This document shows positions 19,735 through 30,238 of a stretch of 64,000 nucleotides of DNA, in pieces. Position 1 is the stretch's first letter. Each line of letters begins with the position of its first letter. The DNA comes from an uncultured Aliarcobacter sp. (GTDB lineage: Bacteria > Campylobacterota > Campylobacteria > Campylobacterales > Arcobacteraceae), in contig OY781945.1 of assembly GCA_963677435.1 (NCBI GenBank), forward strand, positions 1,216,001 to 1,280,000, given 5' to 3'. A program made the translations under genes and the position numbers. The notes beneath the pieces were generated by a model that saw nothing but the letters and a program-made list of their open reading frames with translations, did no database searches and was not told the DNA's origin.

Positions 19735-21036
19735 ATGTTAATTAACCTAAATCAATACCACCAAAATACAAAACATTCATACAATTCAATCCGAATAAAT
19801 CCAAATAGAGTGGATTGGAATAATCCTCCAAATAAATTCAAATTTTATCCCAAAGACTATACTCGAATTCCATTACTTTCTCAAAATGACAACTACAATT
19901 TTTTATATTTAATTAGTGGAATTAGTGCTAAAAAAACTTATCCAGGTGTTGAATATTATCTAAGAGTAAATCCAAGTGCAGGTGCTTTATATCCAAATGA
20001 ACTATATTTTCAAGTACGAAACATAGATGGTTTTGAAGATGGAATTTATCACTTAGAAGTTGCAAGTTCAAGCGCAGTATTATTGCAAAAACTTGAAATT
20101 AATGAGGGAATAGAAGAACTTTTAGAATTATCATACAGTGTCGATGGTTTTATATTTTTTGTTTCGTCTTTATATTTTAGGTCATCTTGGAAATACAAAA
20201 ATAGGGCATTTCGATACTGTTTATTGGATGCTGGACATTTAATTGGAACAATTGAAGCTAGTTCTTATTTATTTGATAAAGATTTTGAATTGATATATGA
20301 TTTTCCTAAAGAGAAATTAAATGAGTTCTTTTCTTTTGATGAAAAAGAATTTTTTACTTCTATTGTAATTGCTGGAAAAAAACAACAAAGTAAAAAAGAG
20401 AGTTTTTCATTGTCTCTTCCAACTTTAGATGGAGCTAGTTATATAGAAGAAAATATCTCATTTTTTGAGAAAAATAAGCTAGTTGAAATAGCTTATCAAG
20501 ATAGTTTAAAAATAGTAGATAAAAAAGCCCAAGAAAAAAGTGCTATTTTTAATTTTCAAAAACAAAGACTTCAAGATACAATTTTTAAAAGAAGATCAAT
20601 ACGAGAGTTTACAAAACAAAGTATCTCAAAAGTTCAATTTGAATCAATAATGGGTGTAGTAAATCAAGCAATTAAAAGTGATTGTGATGAGCAAGTGGAT
20701 ATTTATTACACTATAAATAGAGTTGAAGGTTATATTTTAGGCCTTTATAAAAATGGAGAACTTCTTAAAACAGGAGATTTTAACTCTAAAGCTGGATATT
20801 TATGTTTAGAACAAGATTTAGGAACCTCAAGTGCAGTTACTTTTTTCTTAACATCAAAAGGCAAAAACTACCAAGAACTTTATCAAAAAGCTGGTCTTCT
20901 TGGACATAGACTTTATATTGCTTCAAATTATTTAGATATTGGTTGTAGTGGAATAGGGGCTTATTATGATGATGAAGTTTGTGAGTTTATAGAAGAAAAT
21001 ACAATGGTCTTATACGCATTAGCTATTGGAAACTAA
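19735..21036 (+). CDS. SagB/ThcOx-like double nitroreductase-domain protein
   Basis: RVNPSAGALYP, WKYKNRAFRYCLLDAGH, RRSIREF, GCSGIGAYYDD. Confidence 0.8.
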   Translation: MLINLNQYHQNTKHSYNSIRINPNRVDWNNPPNKFKFYPKDYTRIPLLSQNDNYNFLYLISGISAKKTYPGVEYYLRVNPSAGALYPNELYFQVRNIDGFEDGIYHLEVASSSAVLLQKLEINEGIEELLELSYSVDGFIFFVSSLYFRSSWKYKNRAFRYCLLDAGHLIGTIEASSYLFDKDFELIYDFPKEKLNEFFSFDEKEFFTSIVIAGKKQQSKKESFSLSLPTLDGASYIEENISFFEKNKLVEIAYQDSLKIVDKKAQEKSAIFNFQKQRLQDTIFKRRSIREFTKQSISKVQFESIMGVVNQAIKSDCDEQVDIYYTINRVEGYILGLYKNGELLKTGDFNSKAGYLCLEQDLGTSSAVTFFLTSKGKNYQELYQKAGLLGHRLYIASNYLDIGCSGIGAYYDDEVCEFIEENTMVLYALAIGN

Positions 21037-21046
21037 AAGTTTATCT

Positions 21047-23599
21047 CTAAAAAGAGATAAACTTGTTACTTGGTTTCCCAATATGGAAACCTTGATAATA
21101 GTCTATTTCTAAATCATTTAGAACTTCAACTATCTCTTCATTTTCAACAAATTCTGCAATTGTATGAATTTTTAACTCTTTTGCTAAAGTTACGATACTA
21201 TTTACAAAAGCTCTATCTTTTTCATCTTTATTAATATTTATAATAAAATCACCATCAATTTTTACATAATCAATAGGGAACTTTTTAATATAGTGAAACG
21301 ATGAAAATCCTGAACCAAAGTCATCAATGGCAAATTTGTATCCATCTGCTTTTAGATTATGCACAAATTTTTCTAATAAAGAGAAGTTTTTTACAGTTTC
21401 TCGCTCCGTAATTTCAAATACAATTTTTTCTTTGTTAATATTATATTTTAAAACAAAAGCATTTATCTTATTTATAAAATCTCCCATGATTAGAGATTTT
21501 GGAGATAGATTAATAAATAAAATTCCCTCATAGTTAGTTCTTTGTATCTCTTTGAAAGCTTTTTCAATAACCATTAAATCCATTGTATTTATAAGTCCTC
21601 TTGCTTCTGCTATTTCTATAAACTCATAAGCTGAAACAATTTTTCCATCTTGATTTATTCTCATTAATAATTCATGAATCACAAGATTATTTTTTGAAGT
21701 AGCTGGTTTTATAGGTTGAAAATATGGATGAATTTCATCATTTTCTATAGCTCTAATTAACAATGACGATTTCTCTTGATTTGTTTTTAAAATATCTGAA
21801 ATATCTTGTTCATTTGGAATTTTAATAGAGTTTTTACCTTCTTCTTTTACTTGATACATCATTGCATCTGCAATAACAAACATATCTTGTTGAGATAAAG
21901 TATGGATTGGATAAACACAAATTCCAATAGAAATAGTTATACCAACTTTTGTTCCATCAGGGGCAATTAATTTTTCATTTTCAATTTTTTTTGAAATTCT
22001 ATTTGCAACTGTTAGTGCTCCATTTTCGTCACATTCAGGAAGAATAATAGTAAATTCATCTCCTCCATATCTTGCAACTATATCTTCATCTCTTTTTTCA
22101 TCTTCAAGAATATTTGCAACTGTTTGTAAAAATTTATCTCCAAAAGCATGACCAAAATTATCATTTATAGGTTTGAAGTTATCACAATCTATAACCATTA
22201 AAGCAAATGGATATTCATGCTTTGCAGCTCTTTTTATTTCATAACACATCATATCATTAAAAACTCTTTGATTAAAAAGGTCTGTTAATGGATCCCTTGC
22301 AGCATAATATTCTAAATCTTGAGTATATTTATGAATAGCTTTTACAGAACCCACAAGATTTGCCATTGTTGTTAAAATAGAGTCAATTACTATATATCTA
22401 ACAGGATCACTTGCAAAAACTGATTGTAATCCAATTCCAACAATTCCTCCGATTTTTGGGCTATCTAAAAATAGAGATTTTGAACGATATTCAATATTAT
22501 CTTCTACTAATTCATTTAAACATCTATTTCTATCTGCCACAATATGTTTAATTTTAAAATCTGTCATCTCTTTGAAATAATCAGATTCTCTAATTGTCTT
22601 ATTTATATATTCATCAAAAAGCTCTTTTTGATGTTCAAGTGGTGTTCCAAGCCAAAAAATATCAACTTCAAATTGATCTTCACCAACTCTAAAAATAGTC
22701 ATTAAAGTGTAAGTTTCCATGATTTTATTTATCTCTATTAATAAATCACAAATAAACTCTCTCCAATCTTTTACCACATCAGAAGTTATAATAAATTTAT
22801 CTAAAAGTCTTATTTCAAACTCTAATAACTCTTTATCAACAGCAACAGCTTTTAGCTTATCAGCCATTAAATCTACATTGTGTACTACTTGATTGAACTC
22901 TTTGAAATATAAATCTATATTTTTTGAATCAAAAGCTTTAAAGTCTTGAACTGAATTTATATTTTTAACTTTTTCATTAAATAAAGTTAAATTTTTTATA
23001 ATAGGTCTTGTTGTGTATCTTGATGATAAAAAAGCAACAAGATAAAATATAGGAATGATAATAAAGAAAAAAGCAATATATTGATATTTTGATTCTGAAA
23101 AAATAGAGTTAAGATCTTGTTTTACTTCTAAAACTCCTAAAATATCTCCAACTTGAGCATTTGTATGACAAGCTAAACAATCTGTTGTTGCTTTTAATGG
23201 TAAGATATTTCTTACAATATTATTTTCAAAACTATCAAGTTTTTCTATTTTCCCATTTAAAATATCTACTAAAGTACTATCTTTTTCTTTTTCTTCAATA
23301 TCTCCAAAAAGTGCTCTTACTTTATTTCCCCTATAAAGATTGATTTTATAATTACTACTTTCAAAATTATCTTCTAAAGATTGTGTAAATAATTTTATAT
23401 CATCTTTACTCCAGCCTTTTCTCATTACTTGATACATTGAAGAAAATACTTGATTTGATATTGCTTTTGAGTGTTGTAATGCTTCTTGTTTAGTAAGTGT
23501 TGTATGTAAATATGTACTAAAAACAAAGCAGATAAAAAAAATCAGTGAAACCAAAATTATTTGTCTTGAAAAGATATAATTTTTGAAAGTTTTCTTCAT
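21047..23599 (-). CDS. GGDEF-EAL protein with periplasmic CxxCH (heme c) sensor
   Basis: Likely start MKKTFK at 23599 after AGGA; CLACH between two TM helices; intact RYGGDEF; ELLMR and DDFGSGFS. Confidence 0.85.
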   Translation of the reverse strand: MKKTFKNYIFSRQIILVSLIFFICFVFSTYLHTTLTKQEALQHSKAISNQVFSSMYQVMRKGWSKDDIKLFTQSLEDNFESSNYKINLYRGNKVRALFGDIEEKEKDSTLVDILNGKIEKLDSFENNIVRNILPLKATTDCLACHTNAQVGDILGVLEVKQDLNSIFSESKYQYIAFFFIIIPIFYLVAFLSSRYTTRPIIKNLTLFNEKVKNINSVQDFKAFDSKNIDLYFKEFNQVVHNVDLMADKLKAVAVDKELLEFEIRLLDKFIITSDVVKDWREFICDLLIEINKIMETYTLMTIFRVGEDQFEVDIFWLGTPLEHQKELFDEYINKTIRESDYFKEMTDFKIKHIVADRNRCLNELVEDNIEYRSKSLFLDSPKIGGIVGIGLQSVFASDPVRYIVIDSILTTMANLVGSVKAIHKYTQDLEYYAARDPLTDLFNQRVFNDMMCYEIKRAAKHEYPFALMVIDCDNFKPINDNFGHAFGDKFLQTVANILEDEKRDEDIVARYGGDEFTIILPECDENGALTVANRISKKIENEKLIAPDGTKVGITISIGICVYPIHTLSQQDMFVIADAMMYQVKEEGKNSIKIPNEQDISDILKTNQEKSSLLIRAIENDEIHPYFQPIKPATSKNNLVIHELLMRINQDGKIVSAYEFIEIAEARGLINTMDLMVIEKAFKEIQRTNYEGILFINLSPKSLIMGDFINKINAFVLKYNINKEKIVFEITERETVKNFSLLEKFVHNLKADGYKFAIDDFGSGFSSFHYIKKFPIDYVKIDGDFIININKDEKDRAFVNSIVTLAKELKIHTIAEFVENEEIVEVLNDLEIDYYQGFHIGKPSNKFISF

Positions 23600-23752
23600 A
23601 ATGAGTCCTAGAAAAGTGTATTTTAAATAGTAGCAAAAAAAAGTTAATTTACTACATAAATTATTGAGAAATATTATTAAATTTAACAAAGTATTGAGAA
23701 GCTAAGATGAAAAAAATTATTAATTAATAAAAATGGGATTCACCCATCTTTA

Positions 23753-24187
23753 TTAATCGTGAGGAGTATTAACCATCCAAATTGAAAAAATATCTAAGTA
23801 ATTCCAAAAAGATTGTTTTAAATCATCAGGCATATCAACAGAAGATAAAACCATTATATAAGATTCTAGCCAAATCATTCTAGCTTCAGGAGTAATCTTA
23901 AAAGCTTGGTGTCTTCCTGCCATCATTGGTGCACCTCTACTTTGATTAAAATAATCAGGTCCACCACAGATTTGAATAAAAAAATCAGCAGAGTGTTTTT
24001 TTGCCAATTCAAATCCCTCATCTGTTGGAGGAAATAATCCTTTTATGTTACTTTGTCTTAATAAATCATAATGATCTGAGATTATTTGTCTCATTTTTTC
24101 TTCACCTAAAAATTTTAAAACTTCAGGTGATGGTTTTACAACAGGAGGTCTTTGTCCAAATTGTGCTTGTGTTATAGTAAATTGCAT
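23753..24187 (-). CDS. Truncated (2/2) globin
   Basis: FFIQICGGPDYF..GAPMMAGRH..FKIT..W pattern. Confidence 0.75.
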   Translation of the reverse strand: MQFTITQAQFGQRPPVVKPSPEVLKFLGEEKMRQIISDHYDLLRQSNIKGLFPPTDEGFELAKKHSADFFIQICGGPDYFNQSRGAPMMAGRHQAFKITPEARMIWLESYIMVLSSVDMPDDLKQSFWNYLDIFSIWMVNTPHD

Positions 24188-24322
24188 TTTTATTAACCTT
24201 TAAAAAATAATAGTTTATCGCATAATTGCCTTAACATAATACAATATATTTAATTTTAAACACTTTTTAGAATGAAAAAAAGTTTACTATGTTAGAATGC
24301 CGAAACTAAAAGGTAAATTTTT

Positions 24323-24919
24323 ATGAATAGAAGTGTAGATGATATTATAGAGTGTTATAATTGTGGTTTATTTATAAAAAAAAATAACGCCCATATTCAT
24401 ACTCAACGATGTCCAAGATGTAATAGCAAAATTAAAGTTGAAAAAAAACATACAAATGATTCCTTATATTATTCAATTTCAGCGCTTTTATTATTTGGAA
24501 TATTAAATATTTATCCTATTATCTCTTTAAATATAAATGGTGAAGAACTACAAGCTACTTTATTTGGTACGGTATCAATTCTTTTAAAACAAAACTTCTT
24601 TTTTGTTTCTTTAGTTGTTTTTTTTACTATTATTTTGGCGCCTGTTCTTAACTCTTTAGTAATAATTTTTGCATTTATTCAAGATAGAACTAAAATAAGA
24701 TTTTTTACAGATACTTTACTTCATGATAGTTTTCATTTTTTTAAACATTGGGGATTTATAGAGGTTTTTGTAATAAGTATTATAGTTACATATATAAAAC
24801 TTGTTGGAATGGTTAGTAGTACAAAGTTTGATATTGGTTTTTATATTATGTTGGCATATATATTTTGTTTTTATATGTCAAATATAAAATTTGAAGGTAA
24901 AAGTGTATTTGAGGAATAA
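24323..24919 (+). CDS. pqiA: PqiA/LetA-family membrane protein (N-half)
   Basis: CxxC..CPRC motif, TM helices, W-x-F-x-E-V-F. Confidence 0.8.
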   Translation: MNRSVDDIIECYNCGLFIKKNNAHIHTQRCPRCNSKIKVEKKHTNDSLYYSISALLLFGILNIYPIISLNINGEELQATLFGTVSILLKQNFFFVSLVVFFTIILAPVLNSLVIIFAFIQDRTKIRFFTDTLLHDSFHFFKHWGFIEVFVISIIVTYIKLVGMVSSTKFDIGFYIMLAYIFCFYMSNIKFEGKSVFEE

Positions 24920-25504
24920 ATGGTTTTAATATCTTGTAAAAATTGCCACAAAATGTATGAAAAACAAAATCATGATGATTTTGTATGCACTAGGTGTAAT
25001 CATCTGGTGAGAAAACGAATAAAAGACTCTTTACAAGTATCTTTAGCTCTTACAATTTGTGCAATATTACTTTATATTCCAGCTATGCTTTATCCTATTA
25101 TGGAAGTTACAAGGCTTGGATTAAAAGTTGAAAGTACTATTTTAGGGGGAGTAATTAGCTTTTTGGAATATAAAAGTTATTTTATTGCCTTTGTGGTTTT
25201 TACAGCAAGTGTTGTAATCCCAATGATAAAACTAGTTGGTTTACTTTTTATTTTTATTAGCATAAAAGTAAATGTAAGAATGAATAATAATAGAAAAATA
25301 TTAATATTTAAATTTATAGAAGCTATTGGAAAATGGTCAATGATTGATATTTATGTGGTTGCAATATTAGCTTCAGTTGTGCAACTTGATGAGATATTTA
25401 ATATAAAAGGAGGAATTGCTGCCACTTCCTTTGCATTAATGGTAATATTAACAATGATAGCAGCAAATAGATTTGATACAAGGATTATTTGGGATGAGCA
25501 ATGA
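24920..25504 (+). CDS. pqiA: PqiA/LetA-family membrane protein (C-half)
   Basis: CxxC..CTRC, LYIPA, IGKWSMIDIYV, FDTRIIWD. Confidence 0.85.
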   Translation: MVLISCKNCHKMYEKQNHDDFVCTRCNHLVRKRIKDSLQVSLALTICAILLYIPAMLYPIMEVTRLGLKVESTILGGVISFLEYKSYFIAFVVFTASVVIPMIKLVGLLFIFISIKVNVRMNNNRKILIFKFIEAIGKWSMIDIYVVAILASVVQLDEIFNIKGGIAATSFALMVILTMIAANRFDTRIIWDEQ

Positions 25505-28157
25505 AATAATAGAACAAGAATTCAAACAAGAAGTTTATGAAGCAAAAATAGAAGATAAAAAACCTATTTCATTTATTTGGGTTTTACCTTTGATTATTTT
25601 AGCAATTTTAGGTTGGATTGCTTATGAATCTTATATGAAAAAAGGTACAAATATTACTCTTGTATTTAAAAGTGCAGAGGGACTAAAAGAGGGTGTAACA
25701 CCTCTAGAATATAAAGGCTTGCAACTTGGGAAAGTTACAAAAATTAGTATTCATGAAGATTTAAAAAGTGTAAAAGTAAATGTTTTAGTTGATAATGAAG
25801 TAGCCAAATATGTAGCAAGTGAAGGTTCTCAATTTTGGATAAAAAAACCAACAGTTTCTTTAACTAAAATTTCTGGATTAAATACTTTAATTAGTGGTTA
25901 TAAAATTGAATTATCACCTGTATTTAAAACTCAAAAAGAGTTTGAAAATGGAAAAGAAAAATACTATTTTGAGGGTTTAGATACCCAACCAAATGATGAG
26001 TTTGAAAATGATGGATATTATGTTTCCTTAATAGCAAGTGATAAAGATAATGTAGAAGTTGGAACTCCAATTTTTTATAATAATTTCCAAATAGGTGAGA
26101 TTATTGCTAAAGAGTTTATTTTTGAGAAAGTTTATTTCACAGCTTATATTTATGATAAGTTTAATTATTTGGTAAATAAAAGTTCAAAATTTGTAATGAA
26201 TGAAGCTTTAAAAGTTAGTTATGGAGCAAGTGGATTAAATATTGAGTTAGGGTCTTTATATTCAGCATTAGTTGGAGGAATTACAGTTATTACACCAGAT
26301 AAAGAGGCTGAAAAAATTATCAAAGATGAACCTTACCTTTTGTATGGGAAAAAAGATGATTTAAAAAAGAAAGAATATTTTGATATTAATTTTATGGATG
26401 CAAATGGAATTGAAGAGAATACTCCTATTATTTTTAAAGGGATTGAAATAGGAAAAATAATAGATGTAAAATTAAACAAAGAGTTATTAACTTCAAAAGC
26501 ATTTGTATATGAAGAGTATAAATATTTATTAACAAATAAAACAAGATTTTTTGTAGAAGAACCTACTATCTCTTTTGATGGAGTGAAAAACTTAGGAAAT
26601 ATTGTAAAAGGAAATTTTATCTCTTTAGAGTATAAAAAAGGAGAATTCTCGAATAATTTTACTGCAATTAAGAAAAAAGATTTAAATAAAATTGCTAATA
26701 CAATTAAAGTAGAACTTTTAAGCGAAAATTTAAATTCAATATCTGAAAAATCAAAGGTTTATTATAAAAATATAGAGATAGGTTTTGTGGATAGTTATGC
26801 ATTAACAAAAGATTTGAAAAATGTAAAAATTAATCTTTTAATAGATGATAAATATAAAGATTTAATAAATGATAATAATCTTTTTTATGATATGAGCTCT
26901 AAATTAGTAGAGATGAAAAATTTAAATTTAAATATAAATTACAGCGGAATAGAACCTTTATTAAATGGAGCTATTGGACTTATTGCAGATAAAGCAGAGG
27001 GAAGTAAATTAACAAAAAATGAGTTTAAATTATATAGCTCTTATAAAGATATAGAAAAATTAAAAAGATTTACTAATAATGGATTTACAATTGAAGTTGA
27101 TTTTGATAATAGTTTTGAAATAAAACCTGATATGGCAATTGTTTATAAAAATCAAGAAATTGGTTTTGTAAAAAATATAAAATTTGATGATAAAAAATCA
27201 AAAGTAACTCTATTTATATATTCAGCTTACAAAAAATATGTTACAAATAAAAGTAGATTTTATAAAAAAGGTATAGTAGATTTCAAAGCTAGTTTAAGTG
27301 GAGTCTTATTTGAAGTTGATAATTTCACTTCATTAATTGAGGGTTCAATTCATCTTAATAATGATTCAAATATAGCTTTTGAAAAAGCTCAAATTTTTGA
27401 TACAGAAGATAATATGAAAAACTCAACTAATAGCTTAACTATTATTTTTGATAATGTTGAGGGGGTTCAAGAAAATTTCTCACAATTGACATATAAAGGT
27501 GTAAATATTGGGAAAGTTACAAATGTAAGTCTAAATGAAAAACAGCAAGTTGTAGTAAAAGCTTTGATTTATGATGATTTTGCTTCATTTGCAAAAGAAG
27601 GAACTATTTTTTATCTTAAAAAACCAAGAATCTCTTTTCAAGAAATTGCAAATGCAGGTTCAACTGTAATGGCTGTAAATATTGGAGTTATTAAAAGTGA
27701 TAATGCTAAATATCAAACAAAATTTGAGGGACTAGAAAATCAACCCTCAGTTGAAAAATCATATTTTGGAACAGTATTCAAAGTAGAAGATCCAACAGCA
27801 TCAAGTGTAAATGTTGATTCACCAGTGTATTATAAAAATGTACAAATAGGAAAAGTAAGTAATATAGATTTAAGTGATGATGGTTCTAAAGTTGTAGTTG
27901 ATTGTTTGATTTATGATAAATATGTAAAACTTATCAGAAAAAACTCAGAATTTTACGACATAAGTGGTTTTGAAATGAAATTCTCAATTTTTTCTGGCTC
28001 ATCGGTAGAATCTAATACTTTTACAAGTTTACTAAAAGGTGGATTAGTTGTTGTTACTCCTTATGAATATGGAGAAATTGCAAATCCAAAAGATAAATTT
28101 ACATTAGTAAAAACACTTAGAGAAGATTGGAAGAGTATAAGTCCTAGTATTAAGTAG
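25493..28157 (+). CDS. Multi-MCE domain lipid transport protein (PqiB/LetB-like)
   Basis: IWVLP TM helix followed by repeated YKG/YKN-x-x-IG-x-V MCE motifs; likely start ATG at 25493. Confidence 0.85.
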
Positions 28158-28261
28158 TAATTAAATTGAATTAAAAACAGCAGAGAAGTTTAATAAAAGA
28201 TTAAATAGTTTTGCTTTTTTAATATTCAATTAAGTTTTATAGTTATAGAATAAATTTATTA

Positions 28262-28280
28262 AAGGATAAATATTATCCTT
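28262..28280 (+). promoter_or_regulatory. Candidate Fur/PerR-type operator upstream of katA
   Basis: Perfect inverted repeat AAGGATAA-ATA-TTATCCTT just before the RBS. Confidence 0.45.
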
Positions 28281-28301
28281 AGTAAATTAAAAGGATGAAC
28301 T

Positions 28302-29729
28302 ATGAAAAAAACTATGACAACAACAGCTGGAAATCCAATCGCGGATAATCAAAATTCAATAACTGCCGGAAGTAGAGGACCTGTTCTTTTACAAGATTAT
28401 CAGTTAATAGAAAAGCTAGCTCATCAAAATAGAGAAAGAATACCTGAAAGGGTTGTTCATGCAAAAGGTAGTGGAGCATTTGGACAACTAGTTATCACAG
28501 AAGATATTTCAAAATATACAAAAGCAAAAGTTTTACAAAAAGGTGAAACTACAAAAATGCTACTTAGGTTCTCAACAGTTGCAGGTGAACGTGGGGCTGC
28601 GGATGCTGAAAGAGATGTAAGAGGGTTTGCTTTAAAATTTTATACTCGTGAGGGAAACTGGGATTTAGTTGGAAATAATACGCCAGTATTTTTTATCCGT
28701 GATGCATATAAATTCCCTGATTTTATCCACACACAAAAAAGACATCCACACTCAAACTTGAGAAGTAATACAGCAGCTTGGGATTTTTGGTCACTAAGTC
28801 CAGAAAGTTTACACCAAGTAACTATTTTGATGTCTGATAGAGGACTTCCTAAATCATACAGACATGTAAATGGTTATGGTTCTCATACTTATAGTTTAAT
28901 AAATGCTCAAGGGGAGCGATTTTGGGTTAAATTCCACTTTAAAACACTTCAAGGAATAGAAACTATTACAAACAAAGAAGCTGAAGCTATTGTTGCTAAA
29001 GATAGGGAATCAAACCAAAGAGATTTATTTGAAAATATTCAAGCAGGGAATTTTCCAAAATGGAGTTTTGAAATCCAAATTATGACTAATGAACAAGCCA
29101 AAGAGTGTAGTTTTAATCCATTTGATTTAACAAAAGTTTGGCCTCATAAGGATTATCCAATGATAAAAGTGGGAGAGATGACTTTAACAGAAAATCCAAA
29201 AAACTATTTTAATGAGATAGAACAAGCTTCTTTTTCTCCATCAAATGTAGTTCCAGGTATTAGTTTCTCACCTGATAAAATGTTACAAGCAAGAATCTTC
29301 TCATATCCAGATGCACATAGATATAGAGTTGGTACTCACTATGAGATGTTACCAGTTAATAGACCAATTGTTGAGGTGAATACTTACCATGCTGATGGTT
29401 CTATGAATTATGAAATCAAAGAACCAACTGATGCTTATTATGAACCAAATAGTTTTAATGGAGCAGTTGAAGATGCAAGTTTTGCAGAACCAGCTTTTGA
29501 AACGGGAGATGTGGCAGATAGATATAATCATAGAGATGGAAATGATGATTTTACACAAGTAACAGCACTGTTTAATTTAATGAGTGAAAATCAAAAAGAA
29601 CAATTATTTAGCAATATTGCTGATGCAATGGATGGAGTTCCTTCAAATATTGTAAATAGACAACTTGCACTTTTTGAACAAGTTCATACTGATTATGCTG
29701 CTGGAGTTAAAAAAGCATTAGGAATCTAA
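28302..29729 (+). CDS. katA: Monofunctional heme catalase
   Basis: [31 protein letters not shown]. Confidence 0.96.
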   Translation: MKKTMTTTAGNPIADNQNSITAGSRGPVLLQDYQLIEKLAHQNRERIPERVVHAKGSGAFGQLVITEDISKYTKAKVLQKGETTKMLLRFSTVAGERGAADAERDVRGFALKFYTREGNWDLVGNNTPVFFIRDAYKFPDFIHTQKRHPHSNLRSNTAAWDFWSLSPESLHQVTILMSDRGLPKSYRHVNGYGSHTYSLINAQGERFWVKFHFKTLQGIETITNKEAEAIVAKDRESNQRDLFENIQAGNFPKWSFEIQIMTNEQAKECSFNPFDLTKVWPHKDYPMIKVGEMTLTENPKNYFNEIEQASFSPSNVVPGISFSPDKMLQARIFSYPDAHRYRVGTHYEMLPVNRPIVEVNTYHADGSMNYEIKEPTDAYYEPNSFNGAVEDASFAEPAFETGDVADRYNHRDGNDDFTQVTALFNLMSENQKEQLFSNIADAMDGVPSNIVNRQLALFEQVHTDYAAGVKKALGI

Positions 29730-29730
29730 G

Positions 29731-30213
29731 ATGGAAGCTACAATAAATGAATTAAATAGATATGAAGAGCTTCAACTTGTTGCTTTAGATTTTGCAAGAA
29801 GAGGAATGACAGAAGATTTAAGATTGATGTTAGGTTCTGGAATGCCTGTAAATTTATGTGACCATAAAGGAAATAGCTTAATAATGTTAGCTTCTTATAA
29901 TGGAAATCTTGAAACAACTGAATTATTGGTTCTTTTTGGAGCTGATGTTGATAAAAAAAATGATAGAGGACAAACACCACTTGCTGGTGTTTGCTTCAAA
30001 GGTTATTTAGATATTGTAAAAGTTTTAGTAAAAGCTGGTGCAAATATCTATGAAAATAATGGAATGGGAACAACACCTATAATGTTTGCTTCTATGTTTG
30101 GAAATTATGAAATAGTAAAATATTTAAATAGCCAAAATAGTAGTTTTAAATCAAAAGTTTATTTGAGTCTTTCTAAAATATTTTCAACAATTAAAAGTTT
30201 ATTTAAGAAGTAA
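29731..30213 (+). CDS. Catalase-associated ankyrin repeat protein
   Basis: Ankyrin repeats (GNSLIMLASYNG, GQTPLAG, GTTPIMFA); directly follows katA. Confidence 0.88.
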   Translation: MEATINELNRYEELQLVALDFARRGMTEDLRLMLGSGMPVNLCDHKGNSLIMLASYNGNLETTELLVLFGADVDKKNDRGQTPLAGVCFKGYLDIVKVLVKAGANIYENNGMGTTPIMFASMFGNYEIVKYLNSQNSSFKSKVYLSLSKIFSTIKSLFKK

Positions 30214-30233
30214 CTATAAAGTTATAGTTACTT
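30208..30233. terminator. Hairpin between convergent genes
   Basis: AAGTAACTATAA-AG-TTATAGTTACTT. Confidence 0.55.
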
Positions 30234-30238
30234 TTTAC

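Noticed and set aside
19735..21036. SagB-like protein as a sign of a RiPP (azole) cluster
   Set aside because: No YcaO, precursor peptide or transporter nearby; most likely a stand-alone nitroreductase-fold enzyme.
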